From NCBI GenBank assembly GCA_034005145.1, contig JAVEVH010000001.1, positions 1,899 to 65,898 on the forward strand: a stretch of DNA of 64,000 nucleotides. The letters are read 5' to 3'. Source of the stretch: Candidatus Dojkabacteria bacterium (GTDB lineage Bacteria; Patescibacteriota; Dojkabacteria; SC72). The notes beneath the pieces were generated by a model. It saw nothing but the letters and a program-made list of their open reading frames with translations. It searched no databases and was not told the origin of the DNA. Below, one piece after another: positions 9,537 through 24,000 of the stretch. Numbering within the stretch: position 1 is the stretch's first letter; each line of letters begins with the position of its first letter. Position numbers and translations under genes: made by a program.

Positions 9537-11972
9537 ATGAGTAAGGAGTACAATCCAAAAGAGTTTGAGAAGAAGTGGCAAGACAAATGGTTTGAAGATC
9601 TTGCATATGAGGGTAAGGATTTCGATAGTAGGCCTAAGTACTACCTTTTAGTAGAATTTCCATATCCATCTGGTCCTGGTACACATATTGGTCATGCTAG
9701 AAACTACTCTATGATGGATGCTGTAGCAAGGCTTCGAAGAATGATGGGTTACAACGTTATGTACCCAATTGGTTGGGATGCTTTTGGTTTACCTACAGAA
9801 AACTACGCTATTAAAGTAAAAAGACCTCCTCAAGATATCACTACAGAAAATATTGATAACTTTAGAAGGCAGCTTAAGAGCTTAGGTCTTTCATTTGATT
9901 GGAGTAGGGAGATTAATACCTCTGATCCGTCATATTATAAATGGACACAGTGGATTTTCTTAAAGCTTTTTGAGAAAGGGCTAGCGTATAAGTCCGAATT
10001 ACCAATTAACTGGTGTCCGAAATGTAGAGTAGGATGTGCAAATGAGGAAGTAATTAACTCAGTACATGAAAGATGTGGTACTAAGGTAGAAGACAGAAAT
10101 ATTAGTCAGTGGGTACTAAAAATAACGGAGTATGCAGATAGATTAGATGATGATTTGGATATGGTAGACTTCCCAGACTCTGTAAAAGCATTACAAAAGA
10201 ATTGGATAGGGAGAAAGACTTGGTATGATATCAACTATAAAGTCGAAAATAGTGATACTGTAATTACTGTTTCTACTACTAGACCAGATACTCAATTTGG
10301 ATCTACCTTTGTAGTTATAGCACCTGACAGCGAGATTCTAGAGGGCCTAATGAGTGATATCCCTAAGGAAAATATTCAGGAGGTAAAGAGATATGTATCA
10401 GAGTGTAAAGAAAGCAGTGAAGAGGAGAGGCAAAGCTCTGATAGCGAGAAGAGTGGCGTCTTCACAGGGTTATACTGCGTCAATAGCATCACTAGTCAAA
10501 GACTGCCAATATGGGTTGCTAACTTCGTATTAACAAGCGTTGGTACAGGAGCAGTAGTGGGAGTCCCAGCTCATGATAAGAGAGATTTCGAATTCGCATC
10601 TAGGTATGGTATTCCAGTGGTTAGAGTGATTGAAGGTAATAATGGAGATAGATCGGATATATCTAAAGCAGAAGAAGTGTATGAAGACGAGGGAAGGGTT
10701 TTTAGCTCTGGCTTTTTAGATGGGATTAGCAGTGAGGAAGCTAGAGTGAAAGTAGGAGAATTCCTTAAGAAAAATAATGTGGGGGACGTTGTTACTAGAT
10801 ATCACCTACATGATTGGATATTTTCTAGGCAACATTACTGGGGTGAGCCCATTCCAATAGTTCATTGCCCTAAGTGTGGTATGGTTCCTGTACCTGAGGA
10901 TGAACTTCCAATAGAATTACCAAAAGTAGATAGCTATGAACCAACTCAAACGGGTGAATCTCCACTAGCTCAAATGACAGAGTGGGTAAATACTAAATGT
11001 CCGAAATGTGGAGGCTTAGCTAAACGAGAAACAGATACGATGCCTAACTGGGCAGGCTCTAGTTGGTACTACCTAAGATACTGTGATCCTAAAAATGAGA
11101 AAGAATTTGTTAAAAAGGAGTTAAGTGATTACTGGATGCAAGTAGACCACTATGAGGGTGGAGAGGAGCATATTACTCTTCACTTGCTTTATTCTAGGTT
11201 CTGGCACAAGGTTTTGTATGATTTAGGCTTAGTAAGAGACCCAGAGCCATACAAAGCTAGATCTATACATGGGATAGTGTTAGGAGAGGGTGGTGTTAAG
11301 ATGTCTAAGTCTCTTGGTAATGTAATTGGTCCTGATGATTTAGTAAAACAGTACGGTGTAGATGTTTCTAGAGGTTACCTAATGTTCATGGGTCCATATG
11401 ATGGCAATGTAGAGTGGAGTACTAGAACTATACAGGGAGTAAAGAGATTTGTGTCTAAATACTATACCTTCCTAAACGATTCTTATGAGAAAAAAGTACC
11501 TGAGAGTACTCATGAAGTGAAAGTAGGGGTAGAAAGATTGTTAGAGAGGGTAGAAAACAATATCTTAGACTTCAAATTTAATACCGCTATTGCTGCTTTA
11601 ATGGAATTTTATAATAGTTTTTCAAAATCTAGCTTTGATAGTAAAGACCTAGAGAAAATTATTTTAATTACAGCACCCATATTTCCTCATATTGCTGAGG
11701 AAATATGGTCAACAACTATGGGGAAGAGCTATTCCGTGCATAGCCAAAAATGGCCTAAGATTGATAAAAGTTTGTTAGTCGAAGATAATATTGAGATTCC
11801 TGTTCAAATTAATGGGAAAGTAAGGGGTACTATCACTATTCCTAAAAATAGTACTCAGGATCAAGTACAAGAATTAGTCCTTAAATCAGATACTCTAGGT
11901 CACCACTTATCTGGTGTATATATAGAGAAGTTTATCTATGTTCCCCAAAGGATAGTAAGTATCATTTTGTAG
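9537..11972 (+). CDS. leuS: Leucyl-tRNA synthetase
   Basis: HIGH motif (GTHIGHARNY) and KMSKS (VKMSKSLGN). Editing (CP1) domain and Leu-specific regions present. 811 aa. Confidence 0.9.
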   Translation: MSKEYNPKEFEKKWQDKWFEDLAYEGKDFDSRPKYYLLVEFPYPSGPGTHIGHARNYSMMDAVARLRRMMGYNVMYPIGWDAFGLPTENYAIKVKRPPQDITTENIDNFRRQLKSLGLSFDWSREINTSDPSYYKWTQWIFLKLFEKGLAYKSELPINWCPKCRVGCANEEVINSVHERCGTKVEDRNISQWVLKITEYADRLDDDLDMVDFPDSVKALQKNWIGRKTWYDINYKVENSDTVITVSTTRPDTQFGSTFVVIAPDSEILEGLMSDIPKENIQEVKRYVSECKESSEEERQSSDSEKSGVFTGLYCVNSITSQRLPIWVANFVLTSVGTGAVVGVPAHDKRDFEFASRYGIPVVRVIEGNNGDRSDISKAEEVYEDEGRVFSSGFLDGISSEEARVKVGEFLKKNNVGDVVTRYHLHDWIFSRQHYWGEPIPIVHCPKCGMVPVPEDELPIELPKVDSYEPTQTGESPLAQMTEWVNTKCPKCGGLAKRETDTMPNWAGSSWYYLRYCDPKNEKEFVKKELSDYWMQVDHYEGGEEHITLHLLYSRFWHKVLYDLGLVRDPEPYKARSIHGIVLGEGGVKMSKSLGNVIGPDDLVKQYGVDVSRGYLMFMGPYDGNVEWSTRTIQGVKRFVSKYYTFLNDSYEKKVPESTHEVKVGVERLLERVENNILDFKFNTAIAALMEFYNSFSKSSFDSKDLEKIILITAPIFPHIAEEIWSTTMGKSYSVHSQKWPKIDKSLLVEDNIEIPVQINGKVRGTITIPKNSTQDQVQELVLKSDTLGHHLSGVYIEKFIYVPQRIVSIIL

Positions 11973-11995
11973 GGTGTAAATATAGTCAAAAAGCT

Positions 11996-12024
11996 TTGAC
12001 AAACGTACACATTTCTACTATTAT
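11996..12024 (+). promoter_or_regulatory. Sigma70-type promoter upstream of the giant gene (TTGACA-17-TATTAT)
   Basis: ttgaca at 11996-12001, 17-nt spacer, tattat at 12019-12024, about 64 nt upstream of ATG 12088. AAAGG SD-like about 12 nt before the ATG. Confidence 0.5.
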
Positions 12025-12087
12025 TTTATCACAGATCATATAGCTCGAAAACACTGTCATATTAAAGAAAATAAAGGTCTGTGAAAT

Positions 12088-15000
12088 ATGATAAAAACTA
12101 ACTGCCCAAATATAGCAAAAAACTTATTCATTTTGCTGATAGTATCCTTTATTTTTGCTAGCTTAATCCTTACTCCAACATATGCTTTAACATCCGACAC
12201 TATTAACTTCCAAGGGAAGATAGTAAGAAATGATACAGGCTATGAGGGACTCAATGTCATACCAGGTACTCCAGCGTGTGTAGTAAGTGGTGCAAGTAAT
12301 GATACCTGTGACTTCCAAGTAGCATATTACACAGCATCAACAGGAGGTACCCTTCTTCTTACAGAAACATTCTTAAACAGAGAGATAGGGGAATATGAGG
12401 GTATATTTGAGCTTTCCTTAGGCAGTGGATCTGTGACTACTACTGGGCAGTGTAGGGATGGTACCTGTAATACCGTAGGTGAGGTAATTTCAGAGTATGG
12501 TGATATATATCTTGAATTAAAATTTGCTCCTGATGGTACAAACTTAACAGAGACCTTTAACAGGATGCCTTTAGAAGCAAGTGCATATTCAATTTTTTCT
12601 AAATATGCAGAGGGTGCACACGATGCTTTTAAACTAAGTACTTCCATTAGTTCTCAAACACAATCATCTCCTACAACAGGTATGGTGTATTACAATACCA
12701 CTGCAGGAGAGGTACAAGTCTACAATGGGAGTGGATGGGAGAACATTAGTGGTGAGTCCTTGTGGACAGATGCAGGAACATTTACCTACCTTACCTCGGC
12801 AAGTGATGATTTAGTACTTGGTGCTAATACTGTAGCTGGTTCTACATTTTTCTTTGATATGGATGGGAGTAGTGGAAGCTACTTTGAGATAGATAATGGT
12901 GCTAATACAGAAAGGCTTTTTACAATATTAGCTAATGGAAATGTTGGAATAGGTACAGCATCTCCCGGAGCTAAGTTGGAAGTGGCTGGGGCAAGTTCCA
13001 CGATTACAAATTCTACTGGTAACCTCACTATTTCGACTGGTGGGTTAAATGGAAATATCATATTTTCACCACATGGGACTGGTACTGTTCTAGTTGAGTC
13101 TACATTTGGGATTAAAGAGACGGGTACAACTCCAACCTACTACACATATTTTCAAGGTGGAGATCAGGGGGGTAACATTACTTATACATTACCAGTAAAT
13201 GATGGTGATGCTTCCCAAGTACTTACTTCAAATGGTAGTGGTGTTCTTAGTTGGAGTACAGTCCTAACAGGTGCTTCTAGATGGAATGAGATAGCGGCTC
13301 CTAATGGTAATACTTCAATGAGTCATGGTACATATACAACATCTTTTACATTTACAAATACAACAACATCATCATTTAGTTTAACGGGTAATAGTATATC
13401 TTCTGGTAAATTATTTTCTTTAGCTTCTTCTTCAGTAGGGTTAACAGGTTCAGTAGCGGATATTACATTGTCTGGTAGTAATGCAGCTAATACAGGGAGT
13501 TTGCTTAGTTTAAATAATACGGGGACTTTAAATACAGGTACTACAATGGTAATAAATCATTATGCTACTGGTACTAATAACTTAGCATTTAGAGTAAATG
13601 ATGTATCAGCAGATACTACACCATTTGTAATAGATGGGAATGGGAATGTGGGAATTGGGACAACTACCCCAGAAGGGTCACTGACTGTAAATGGTAGTGT
13701 TGGTATTGGTGATAATGCGAGTATAACGCAAGCCAGCCATTTTGTTGACATATATTCGACAACAGATTACGGTGGATCAAATGAATCTACTTTAAGAGTA
13801 AGAACAGCAGTAGAAGGTAATTTGACAGGTACTGAGATGGCTGCACTTGCATATAGAAATTCAAATTGGCGAGTTCTTTATGCTCAGCAGGGCAGTGCAG
13901 GTTCAGCACTCTATACAGATGGAAATGTCCATTTTATGAATGGAAGTGTTGGTCTTGGTACGACAAGTCCTCAGAGTATCTTTAACATATATCACGCAAC
14001 GGATCCTAAAATAACACTTCAGAACAGTACTACAGGAGTAACAAGTACAGATGGGTTCTATATTTCAGAAATTGGCTCCAATGCATATTTGTGGAATAGA
14101 GAAGACGGAGAGATGTATTTTGCAGTCAATAATGGCACTGCCTTGACTATTCAAGCGGATAAAGATGTAATTGTAAATTCCGGTAACGTAGGAATAGGTG
14201 ACACCACCCCCGCCTCTCTCTTCACAGTAGGTAACAATGATGTGTTCCAAGTAAGCAGTACAGGAGATTTAGTAAGTATAAAGGGAGTCTCTTATGTATG
14301 GCCAAGTGCTAATGCAACAGGAATGTTAACAAACAATGGAAGTGGAACATTATCATGGACAGATTTAAATGCAGGAGATGAATTATTACCAACAGGAACA
14401 GAAGGACAGATGTTATATAACAATGCAGGAGTATGGACAGCATATAGTGGAATGTATTGGGATGATGTAAATAGTAGATTGGGGATAGGGACTACGAGTC
14501 CAAGTACAAAGTTTGATTTGGTAGGAAATATGAAGACCTCAGGTTCAATATTTTCGGATGAGTCTGGTCCTCAACAAATAATCAAATTCCCAAATGTATA
14601 TGAGCCTGTGAATTTCGGTGCAAGTACTGGTGCAATAAAAATCAAGTTGCCAGCAAGAGCAGACAATGCAATGGTTAAAATAATAGTTGATATATATTCT
14701 TATAGCGGCAGTCAGTTAGCGGCTACATATGAGATAGGTGGGTATAATATTGGTGGGTCTTTTACTGCTAGCTATGCTTATACTCTTACTGGAAAGAGTT
14801 TCTTCCTCAATCTCCCAGTTAGATTTGGTGATGATTCTACCAATCTTATGTCATATATAATTATAGGGAATACTGATACCGCATGGGGGTCTTATTCTCC
14901 ATCTGTGGTTATTAGAGAAGTTCAGATTACAGGCTGGGGTGCTAGTACAAGTACAAATTGGCAAGATCCAAATAGTTATGAAATTACTATGACTACGGAT

Positions 15001-18000
15001 ACAACAGGTTTAACACTTTCAACGATAGCATCAACAACATCTCCAGCAGTGTTAGCGGGTAGTGTATCTGGTCTTACCGCTGGATCAATTCCGTATGCTT
15101 CTTCAGCAGGATCCCTTACTCAGAATAATGCGAATCTCTTCTGGGATGCTACCAATGCTAGAATAGGATTAGGAACAAATACTACAACAGCGAGAATTAC
15201 CTTAGGAGCCTCAACTGCTGCTACGGGAGGAATAGATTTTGGTGGAGATACTCCGTTATATAGATCCGCTGCAAGTATTCTTAAGACAAGACATTTATAT
15301 CCAGAAACGACAGGGACATATAATTTAGGTAATTCTTCCTTAGAGTGGCAATATATCTACGCTACAAGGATAATTGGTTCTGCGTATATAAATTCTGATT
15401 ATTTTGCTAGATATTCAGTAAATAATACTGCTTTTTTTGACTCGACTGCAGGAAATCCAGAATTGAGGGTTTATGGAAATGATGGTGCATTTAAATATGG
15501 ATATATGAAAGTTGATACTAACGGTGCATTTAATATTCTTTCTCAAACAGGTGAGGAGGTGAAATTGGGAGCTAATAATACTGTAGGTTTAACAATCGCG
15601 ACTTCAAATAACGTAGGAATAGGTGACACCTCCCCCGCCTCCCTCTTCACAGTAGGTAACAATGATGTGTTCCAAGTAAGCAGTACAGGAGATTTAGTAA
15701 GTATAAAGGGAGTCTCTTATGTATGGCCAAGTGCTAATGCAACAGGAATGTTAACAAACAATGGAAGTGGAACATTATCATGGACAGATTTAAATGCAGG
15801 AGATGAATTATTACCAACAGGAACAGAAGGACAGATGTTATATAACAATGCAGGGGCATGGACAGCATATAGTGGAATGTATTGGGATGATACAAATAGT
15901 AGGTTAGGGATAGGGACTACGAGTCCTGGAGCAAAATTACAAATAAATACAGGTGCAGACGCTACGAAGGGGTTAATAATAAGAGGGAATACCTCTCAAT
16001 CTGCCAATTTAACAGAATGGCAGAATAGTGGAGGGACAATTCTTGCAAGTGTAGATAGGATTGGTCATTTATCTGTTAATAATATACAGGCTTTATATGG
16101 AGGTTCTGCACAAGTAGATTCTATTGGAGGAACTTCATATTTGCCATATATGACGGATGCCTATTCAGATCAATTTATATTTAAACCTGTAACATCCTTA
16201 GAATATGACACAACAGGTTCTGGAAACTGGGTATCTCAAACAGCAAGCAATGCAAATGTTCTATTGGATAATTCTCAGAGTACATCATTAGCTATTCCAA
16301 CTGCTACTGCAAAAGGATTTAGGGTAGTTATCAATACAGGAGCTTGGTTGGCCCCTCAACTATTTGTTTTGGAGCAATCTTGGGCAAGCGGGAGCCCAAG
16401 TGGATCAGCACCACTTGAAATCACCCTTGAATCATCTCCCAATGGAACTGATACTTGGACTGTAAGAAAAGCTACTACAGCATTTGATTACCATGGTAGT
16501 AGTACAAATAAATATGTTTGGTTAACCGGTCATACAAGTGATCCTTATTGGAGAGTTACTGTTGTAAGGACAGATACTGGTACACAGGATCTTAGAGTTC
16601 AAAATATAAAGCTTTTGGCTTCATCAAATATGAGTTTTGGTTATACAAGGAGTTTACCATATGAATTTAACTATGATAAAAGTTTCAATTTCTACAATGA
16701 TAGTATGAAGATTAAATTAGCTAGTGGCCAAACAGCTAATGCGATTGAAATAAAGAATAGTTCAGGAACAGACCTTGCACTCATCTCCTCTGCTGGAGGT
16801 GCTTATTTTGCTAGCAACGTAGGAATAGGTGATACTACCCCCGCCTCTCTGTTTACAGTAGGTAATGGAGATCTATTCCAAGTAAACAGTAGTGGAGATT
16901 TAATAAAAATAAAAAATGTAACATACTCATGGCCAAGTGCTAATGCAAGTGGAGTATTAACAAACAATGGAAGTGGAACATTATCATGGACAGATTTAAA
17001 TGGAGGAGATGAATTATTACCAACAGGAACAGAAGGACAGATGTTATATAACAATGCAGGAACATGGACAGCATTTAATGGAATGTATTGGGAGGATGTA
17101 AATAGTAGGTTAGGGATAGGGACTACGAGTCCATTAAGCAGCTTAGACCTTAATAACGGAATTCTTTCTAGATATAACTCAAGTTGGACTGGTCTTAACA
17201 ATTCTGTAATAATTCCAACTCAAAACATTCTAGCTTTTGCAGATAAAAATTCTAATTATACAGTAACATTATCATCTCAGCCTGACTCAGGAAGTGTATC
17301 AAGTTTATTTGATGGTAATACGGGTACTACAGCTCTTTGGTATGATGCGAAATTGCCACTAACGATTCAGATAGATTTAGATAAACAGTACAATCTTAAT
17401 CATTTGTTTGGTGTAGGTTTTTATGGCCAATATTTTGCAAAGGATATAAAAATTGAAGTCTACAATGGAAATACTTCTACTTGGTATACAATTGTAGATA
17501 CTACTTCGAATGCTGATGATAGTTTTTCTTTCTACCAATATTATAACTACGTAACCAAGGTAAAGTTTACGTTCAATACATCAAATTCAAGTGGACGTAT
17601 AAATATCTCTACCCTCGTAGATGGTAATACCATGGATAGGAAGGGATATTATGTAAACAAGGGAGGGGATACTATGTATGGTGCTCTTACTATCAAGGGT
17701 ACAACCTCAGATAGTAGTGCTTTTGGACTTAACGTTACTGATTCAGCTAATGCTAGTAACTTTTATGTCAGAAATGATGGAAATGTTGGTATAGGGACTA
17801 CCACTCCTGGTTCAAGATTAGATGTTACAGCAAGTACCTCAAATGCTCTTGTAAATATTAATCAAACAAATACTTGGTCAGGATCGGAATGGGCATTATC
17901 GGTAACAGGGTATACAAATCTTAACGGGTTTAGAATAAATGCTGCAGATGGTATTAGGGCTCTTCATAAAGTGACTGCGGGTGGTGTAATGGGATTCTCA

Positions 18001-21000
18001 ACTCAAGGAGATGATCCTATCACATTCACGCAGTCTTCTAGCACTGAGAGAATGCGTATTGCTACTGGAGGTAATGTAGGAATCGGTGACACAACCCCCG
18101 CCTCTCTCTTTACAGTAGGTAGTGGAGACCTATTCCAAGTAAATAGTAGTGGAGATTTAATAAAGATTAAAAATGTAACATACTCCTGGCCAAGTAGTAA
18201 TAGTAGTGGAGTATTAACAAACAATGGAAGTGGAACATTAACATGGACAAACATAAGTAGTAGCTTATTACCAACAGGAACAGAAGGACAAATGTTGTAT
18301 AACAATGCAGGGACATGGACAGCATTTAATGGAATGTATTGGGATGATGTGAATAGTAGGTTAGGGATAGGGACTACGAGTCCTACTGCATATTTAGACA
18401 TAGAGTCTCCTGATGCAACTAGTTTACATCAAGAATGGAAAAGAGTAGATACAGGGAAAAGCTTTAATATTAGCCTTGCAGGTAGTGATTGGAGATTATC
18501 AGGTAGTGCAGGAGAAAACATCCTTCTAGCAGTTGATGCAAGCAGTTTAAATACAACAAACCTTGTAGGTATTGGAAGTAGTAACCCTGGTGCGAAATTA
18601 CAAATAGATACAGGAGCAGATGCTACTAAGGGTTTAATAGTCAAGGCGAATTCCGCAACTCAATCTGCAAATCTTACAGAATGGCAGAATAGTGCGGGTA
18701 CTGTATTAGGAGCAGTGACACCAACTGGAGCTTATTATATTGGTTCAAGCTCAAACTATACAACAGCTTTTACGGTTAAGGGCTCTTGGAGTGCTTCTAC
18801 TTACGGTATGATTTTAGACTTAGAACCAAGTGTAACTATTAGTGGATATGGTGGGTATGGCATATATTCAAATCCTTCAGTTACCCTTACAAACAGTAGT
18901 TGGAAAACAATTGAGAGTTCAATTAACAATCTCGTTGTTACAGGTACAAATGATTATAGAGGTTTCCATTTTAGTCAACCTGCGAATCTCACTGGAACAT
19001 TGACCAGCCAATACGGTATATATATTAACAGCTTAGACAAAGCAACCTCTAACTATGCTATTTATACAAACACAGGATTAAATAGGCTAGGTGATCAATT
19101 ATCTATTCTTGGTAGTGCAGATAGAACACAGTTAATAGTTAAGGCCAATTCTACACAAACTGTTAATCTTCAAGAATGGCAAAATAGTAGTGGAGTTGGA
19201 CTTTCTGTAATTAGTGGAAGCGGTTATTTAGGAGTAGGAGATTCAACCCCTGCCTCTCTCTTTACAGTAGGTAGTGGAGACCTATTCCAAGTAAATAGTA
19301 GTGGAGATTTAATAAAGATTAAAAATGTAACATACTCCTGGCCAAGTAGTAATAGTAGTGGAGTATTAACAAACAATGGAAGTGGAACATTAACATGGAC
19401 AAACATAAGTAGTAGCTTATTACCAACAGGAACAGAAGGACAGATGTTATACAACAATGCAGGAACCTGGACAGCATACAGTGGAATGTATTGGGATGAT
19501 GTGAATAGTAGGTTAGGGATAGGGACTACCAGTCCTCAGAGTACTGCACATGTATATGGAGCTTCCTCTATCAATACTATTTCAGGTATTTTTGGTAGGG
19601 GTTACCAAGTAGACAGTACAAACTATGGGTCCTTTGGTGCGAATTCTAGAGTAGGTCTTGTTGGAGCAACATACTATTCTAGCGTACCTAATTTACCCAT
19701 TAACCCCCTTGGTACACAGTATGCATCTGCTGGTTTGGTTGGTATAGGAGGGGGTACTAGTGGAGGTGGCTCGGGAATAGGAGTTTTTGGTTATGGACAA
19801 ACAGTTGATGCGAGAACTGGATTTACTGCAGGTGGTAGATTTATTGCTGAGACAAACGGAGATATCACAGCATATGAAGATTTGTATGGTGTTTATGCTA
19901 AAGCTAACGGTATTACTAATACTGTTGGGGCAGATAATTTATATGGTGTATATGGAGTTGCAACTGGGCAAGGTACGGATATTGCTTACGCAGGATATTT
20001 TTCAGCTACCGGGGGTGCTACTAATTATGGAATATATTCTGTAGCCGGTAACAACTATTTTAATGGTAGTGTTGGGATCGGCACAACCTCCCCAGACTAT
20101 ACCCTTCAAGTAAACGGAACCATAGCACCAGAGACAACAGATCAAGATCTAGGTACATCATCTTTAAGATGGGATGTATATGGTAATACAATAAATGCAG
20201 ACAGTACAGTAACCTTAACAGGCTTAGGAACAGGAACAGATAACTCAGTAGTAATATTAAACTCATCAAATCAATTAACAACAGATGAGATAGACAGTAG
20301 AGTATGGGGAACAAGCTTAGTAGATGGAAGTGGAACAACAGGTCAGTTATCCTACTGGGTAGATGCAAATACATTAGGCTCCCTAAGTTACTCAGGTTGG
20401 GATACAAATGCTAGTGATGATGTAACAGCATTCTTAGGTCTAACAGATACCCCAAGTGCATATACAGGCAATGGAGGATACTTAGTAAGAGTAAATTCAG
20501 GAGGAACAGCATTAGAGTTTGTAGCAGCTAGTACATATACAGATACCAATGACTATGTAGACTCAGTAGGATTTAATACAAGTAACGGAGTATTAACCCT
20601 AGGTAGAACAGGAGCATTACCAGACCTAACAACAGACTTAGATGGAAGATATTTACAATCAGAAGCAGATACCCTAGCTACAGTAACCGGTAGAGGAGCA
20701 AGTACAGCAACAGCACTCTCTCTAACCGGAGGAGCTACAGTAAGAGGTTTAACAGTAGATAATGCAACAGCAACCCATGACTTAATATCCATAACCGCAG
20801 CAGCAACAGGTGCCGCAAGATATACAGGAACCATAACTAATGCAGACCTAACAGCAGCACGTACATGGACATTCCCAAATAATACAGGTACTGTAGCACT
20901 AACTACTGATATACCAGCAGGAGCAACATATTGGACTAAGAATGCAGCAACCTTGTATCCTACAACCTCAGGAGATAGTGTAATACCTAATGGAACAGCA

Positions 21001-24000
21001 AGTATAGGAGCAAGTGGAACTAGATGGCAGTATGTATACGGTACATATGGAAACTTTAGTACAAGTACCACAACTCCATTGATAGTAGGTAGTACATCCT
21101 TAGCTTTAAGACCAAGTAGTAATGGAACAACAGCAATACAATTACAGAATGCAGCAGGCACAAGTATCTTAAACGTAGATACAACTAACAGTAGAGTAGG
21201 GATTGGTAAAAATGATCCAACAGTAGCTTTAGATGTAGTAGGTGATATTAAAGCAAGTGGCGTAATTAGAAATGTAACAGTTAGTGGTACTACTGATACC
21301 GCTGCAGCTACAGCAGCTAAAACTGCCACTATTTCTAACTATACATTAACTACTGGAGACTTACTCTCTATTACATTTACAAATGGTAACTCTGTCTCTA
21401 CACCAACCTTAAATATCAACTCTGTTGGAGCTGTTAATATTAGATTAGGAAATACTGATGTTAATACAACAAATATGACATTAGCAGCAGGCTCTACAGT
21501 ACTCATGTATTACGATGGTACATATTTCCAAATTATGGGTTCTCAAAGAACAGCAGATTCTAATACATATGATAGGACATATTGGGGTAATAATATTAGA
21601 GCAGGTGCAGCTATATATGATTACAAATTGTTAATGCAAAAAGCAGATGGTAAATGGTATCCATTAACATTAGAAGAAGGTACTGGAACTACTAAAACCG
21701 TATCTACAGAAGCATTTACAATTAATTCTCCAATTCTTTACTATGCAACAACTACGAATATAGCTGCTAATGGAACATTAAGTAATGTGTATAGTGAGAT
21801 ACCAACTACATATCTTAACTATACAGCTAACCAAGCTTCATGGACCACAGAGCTTCCTATATATCTTGTAGGTACGATAGATAGTAGTGGTAATTTTGTA
21901 TTAGACAACACCTCGTATACCAGCTTTATGACACAAACCTTACCTTCAACAGAAGATGGGAAGGTATATATACTCTTAGGACAGATGTACTCTACTACAG
22001 GGCTAAGACTATTCCAATATCACCCTATATATGAGTATAGGAATGGGGGAGTAAGACCGTATGCACCAGAAGCATCAGTAAAATGGAGTAGCCTATTTGC
22101 ACCAACTGATAACACCTCTATAGATCATTCTACATATACAACAGCATTCTCATTTGGAGCTACTAATACAACAGCATTTAGTATGACAGGTAATAGTTTA
22201 ACTACAGGGAAATTACTATCCCTCACCTCATCATATGCTGATGCAGGAAATGTCTTCTATGTAGGTGCTACAGGGGCACACACAGGTGCTGCAGCAGCAA
22301 TTGTTTCTGCTACAGCTACAGGAAATGCTTTAAATGTAACAGGAGACTCTATTACAAGTGGAGTAGTAACAAACATATCATCAACATCAACAGAGGGAAC
22401 AACAAGTGGTTCTTCAATAGTATTAAATATTGCAAGATCGGGAGTTAATACTTACGCAGATCATACTGCATACGGAGTATATTCAACAGTATCAAATACA
22501 AACGTTACTAGTGGTACTAATATTGCAGGTTACTTTAGTGCATCAGGAGCAACAACAGCCAACTACGGATTATTAGTCCCAGAAGGTTATGTAGGAATTG
22601 GAACTGGAACTCCAAGTAGGCTATTAGATATTGATGGAGATATGAGACTAAGAGGCTTTATATATGACGTCAATGATGAATCTGGTACCTCAGGACAAAT
22701 CCTTTCTAGATCTAGTTCTGGAGTAGATTGGATAGATGCAAGCGCTCTTAGTGGAGTAGATTGGGATGAAATAGGGGACCCTTCATCATCTTCTCAAATA
22801 GATCATGGAGCTACAAATACAATCTTTACCTTCAATGGATTAACAAGTGGAGCAGGATTCCAACTCTCTTCTAACTCTACTGCTGGAACAGCCAGCAGCT
22901 ATAGCAGGGTATTAGATATTACTAGGTCAGGGGTTAATGCTAATGCATCTCACACTGCCTACGGTGTATATTCTGCAGTAACAAATAGTGGGTCTTCATC
23001 AACTAATGTCGGTGGATATTTCTCTGCATCAGGTGGTACTAGTAACTTTGGATTAATTGTAGGAAATGGAAATGTAGGAATAGGAACAACCAATCCATCA
23101 ACATCTAAATTGGTAGTTAATACCTCCTCATACTCTACAATACAGTTACAGTATGGAGGAACAGCAGTAGTAGATATATATAGTAATGTATCAAGTAACA
23201 TCTTTATGGGATTAGCTTCTGGTCAAGCAGTTACTAGTGGTATTGAAAATGTAGCATATGGATTTAACGCATTAACTGCAAATACAACAGGTACAAGAAA
23301 TGTAGCAATTGGACACCAAACAATGACTACCAATGTAGCAAAGCAGGGTAGTACAGCAATTGGATACCAAGCTATGATGTATGCACATAATACTACAACA
23401 GGATCATTAACATACAATACCGCAATTGGATACCAAGCATTAGTAGGTAGTGCAACAGCAGCAAATAATACGGGAACAGGTAATACAGCAGTAGGACATC
23501 AAAGTTTAACATCAAATACCTCTGGTTCAAGTAATACAGCATTAGGTGTAAATGCATTGAATAGTAATGCTACAGGAGGTTCTAATGTAGCATTAGGATA
23601 CAATGCTGCATTTACAAATGTAGCTAAGGGAGGGATAGTAGCAATTGGTTATGAAGCTATGAGATATGCATATAGTAATAGTACAGTAGCAAGTACATAT
23701 AACATAGGTATTGGATATCAAGCATTAATGGGTAGTACAACAGCTGCAAATAACTCAGGAGTAGGTAATACTGCATTAGGATATCAAGCTGGTATGGATG
23801 TAACCTCTGGTAACTATAATACATTGATAGGATATATAGCAGGTGATGATTTAACAACTGGTATTAACAATACAATAATTGGATATAACGCTGGACAGAA
23901 TCTAACAACAGGAGGTAGTAATATCTTAATTGGTAATGGAACTTCTACTACAACTCCTGCAGCTGGTACAAGTAACTGGATGAATATTGGTAATGCAATA

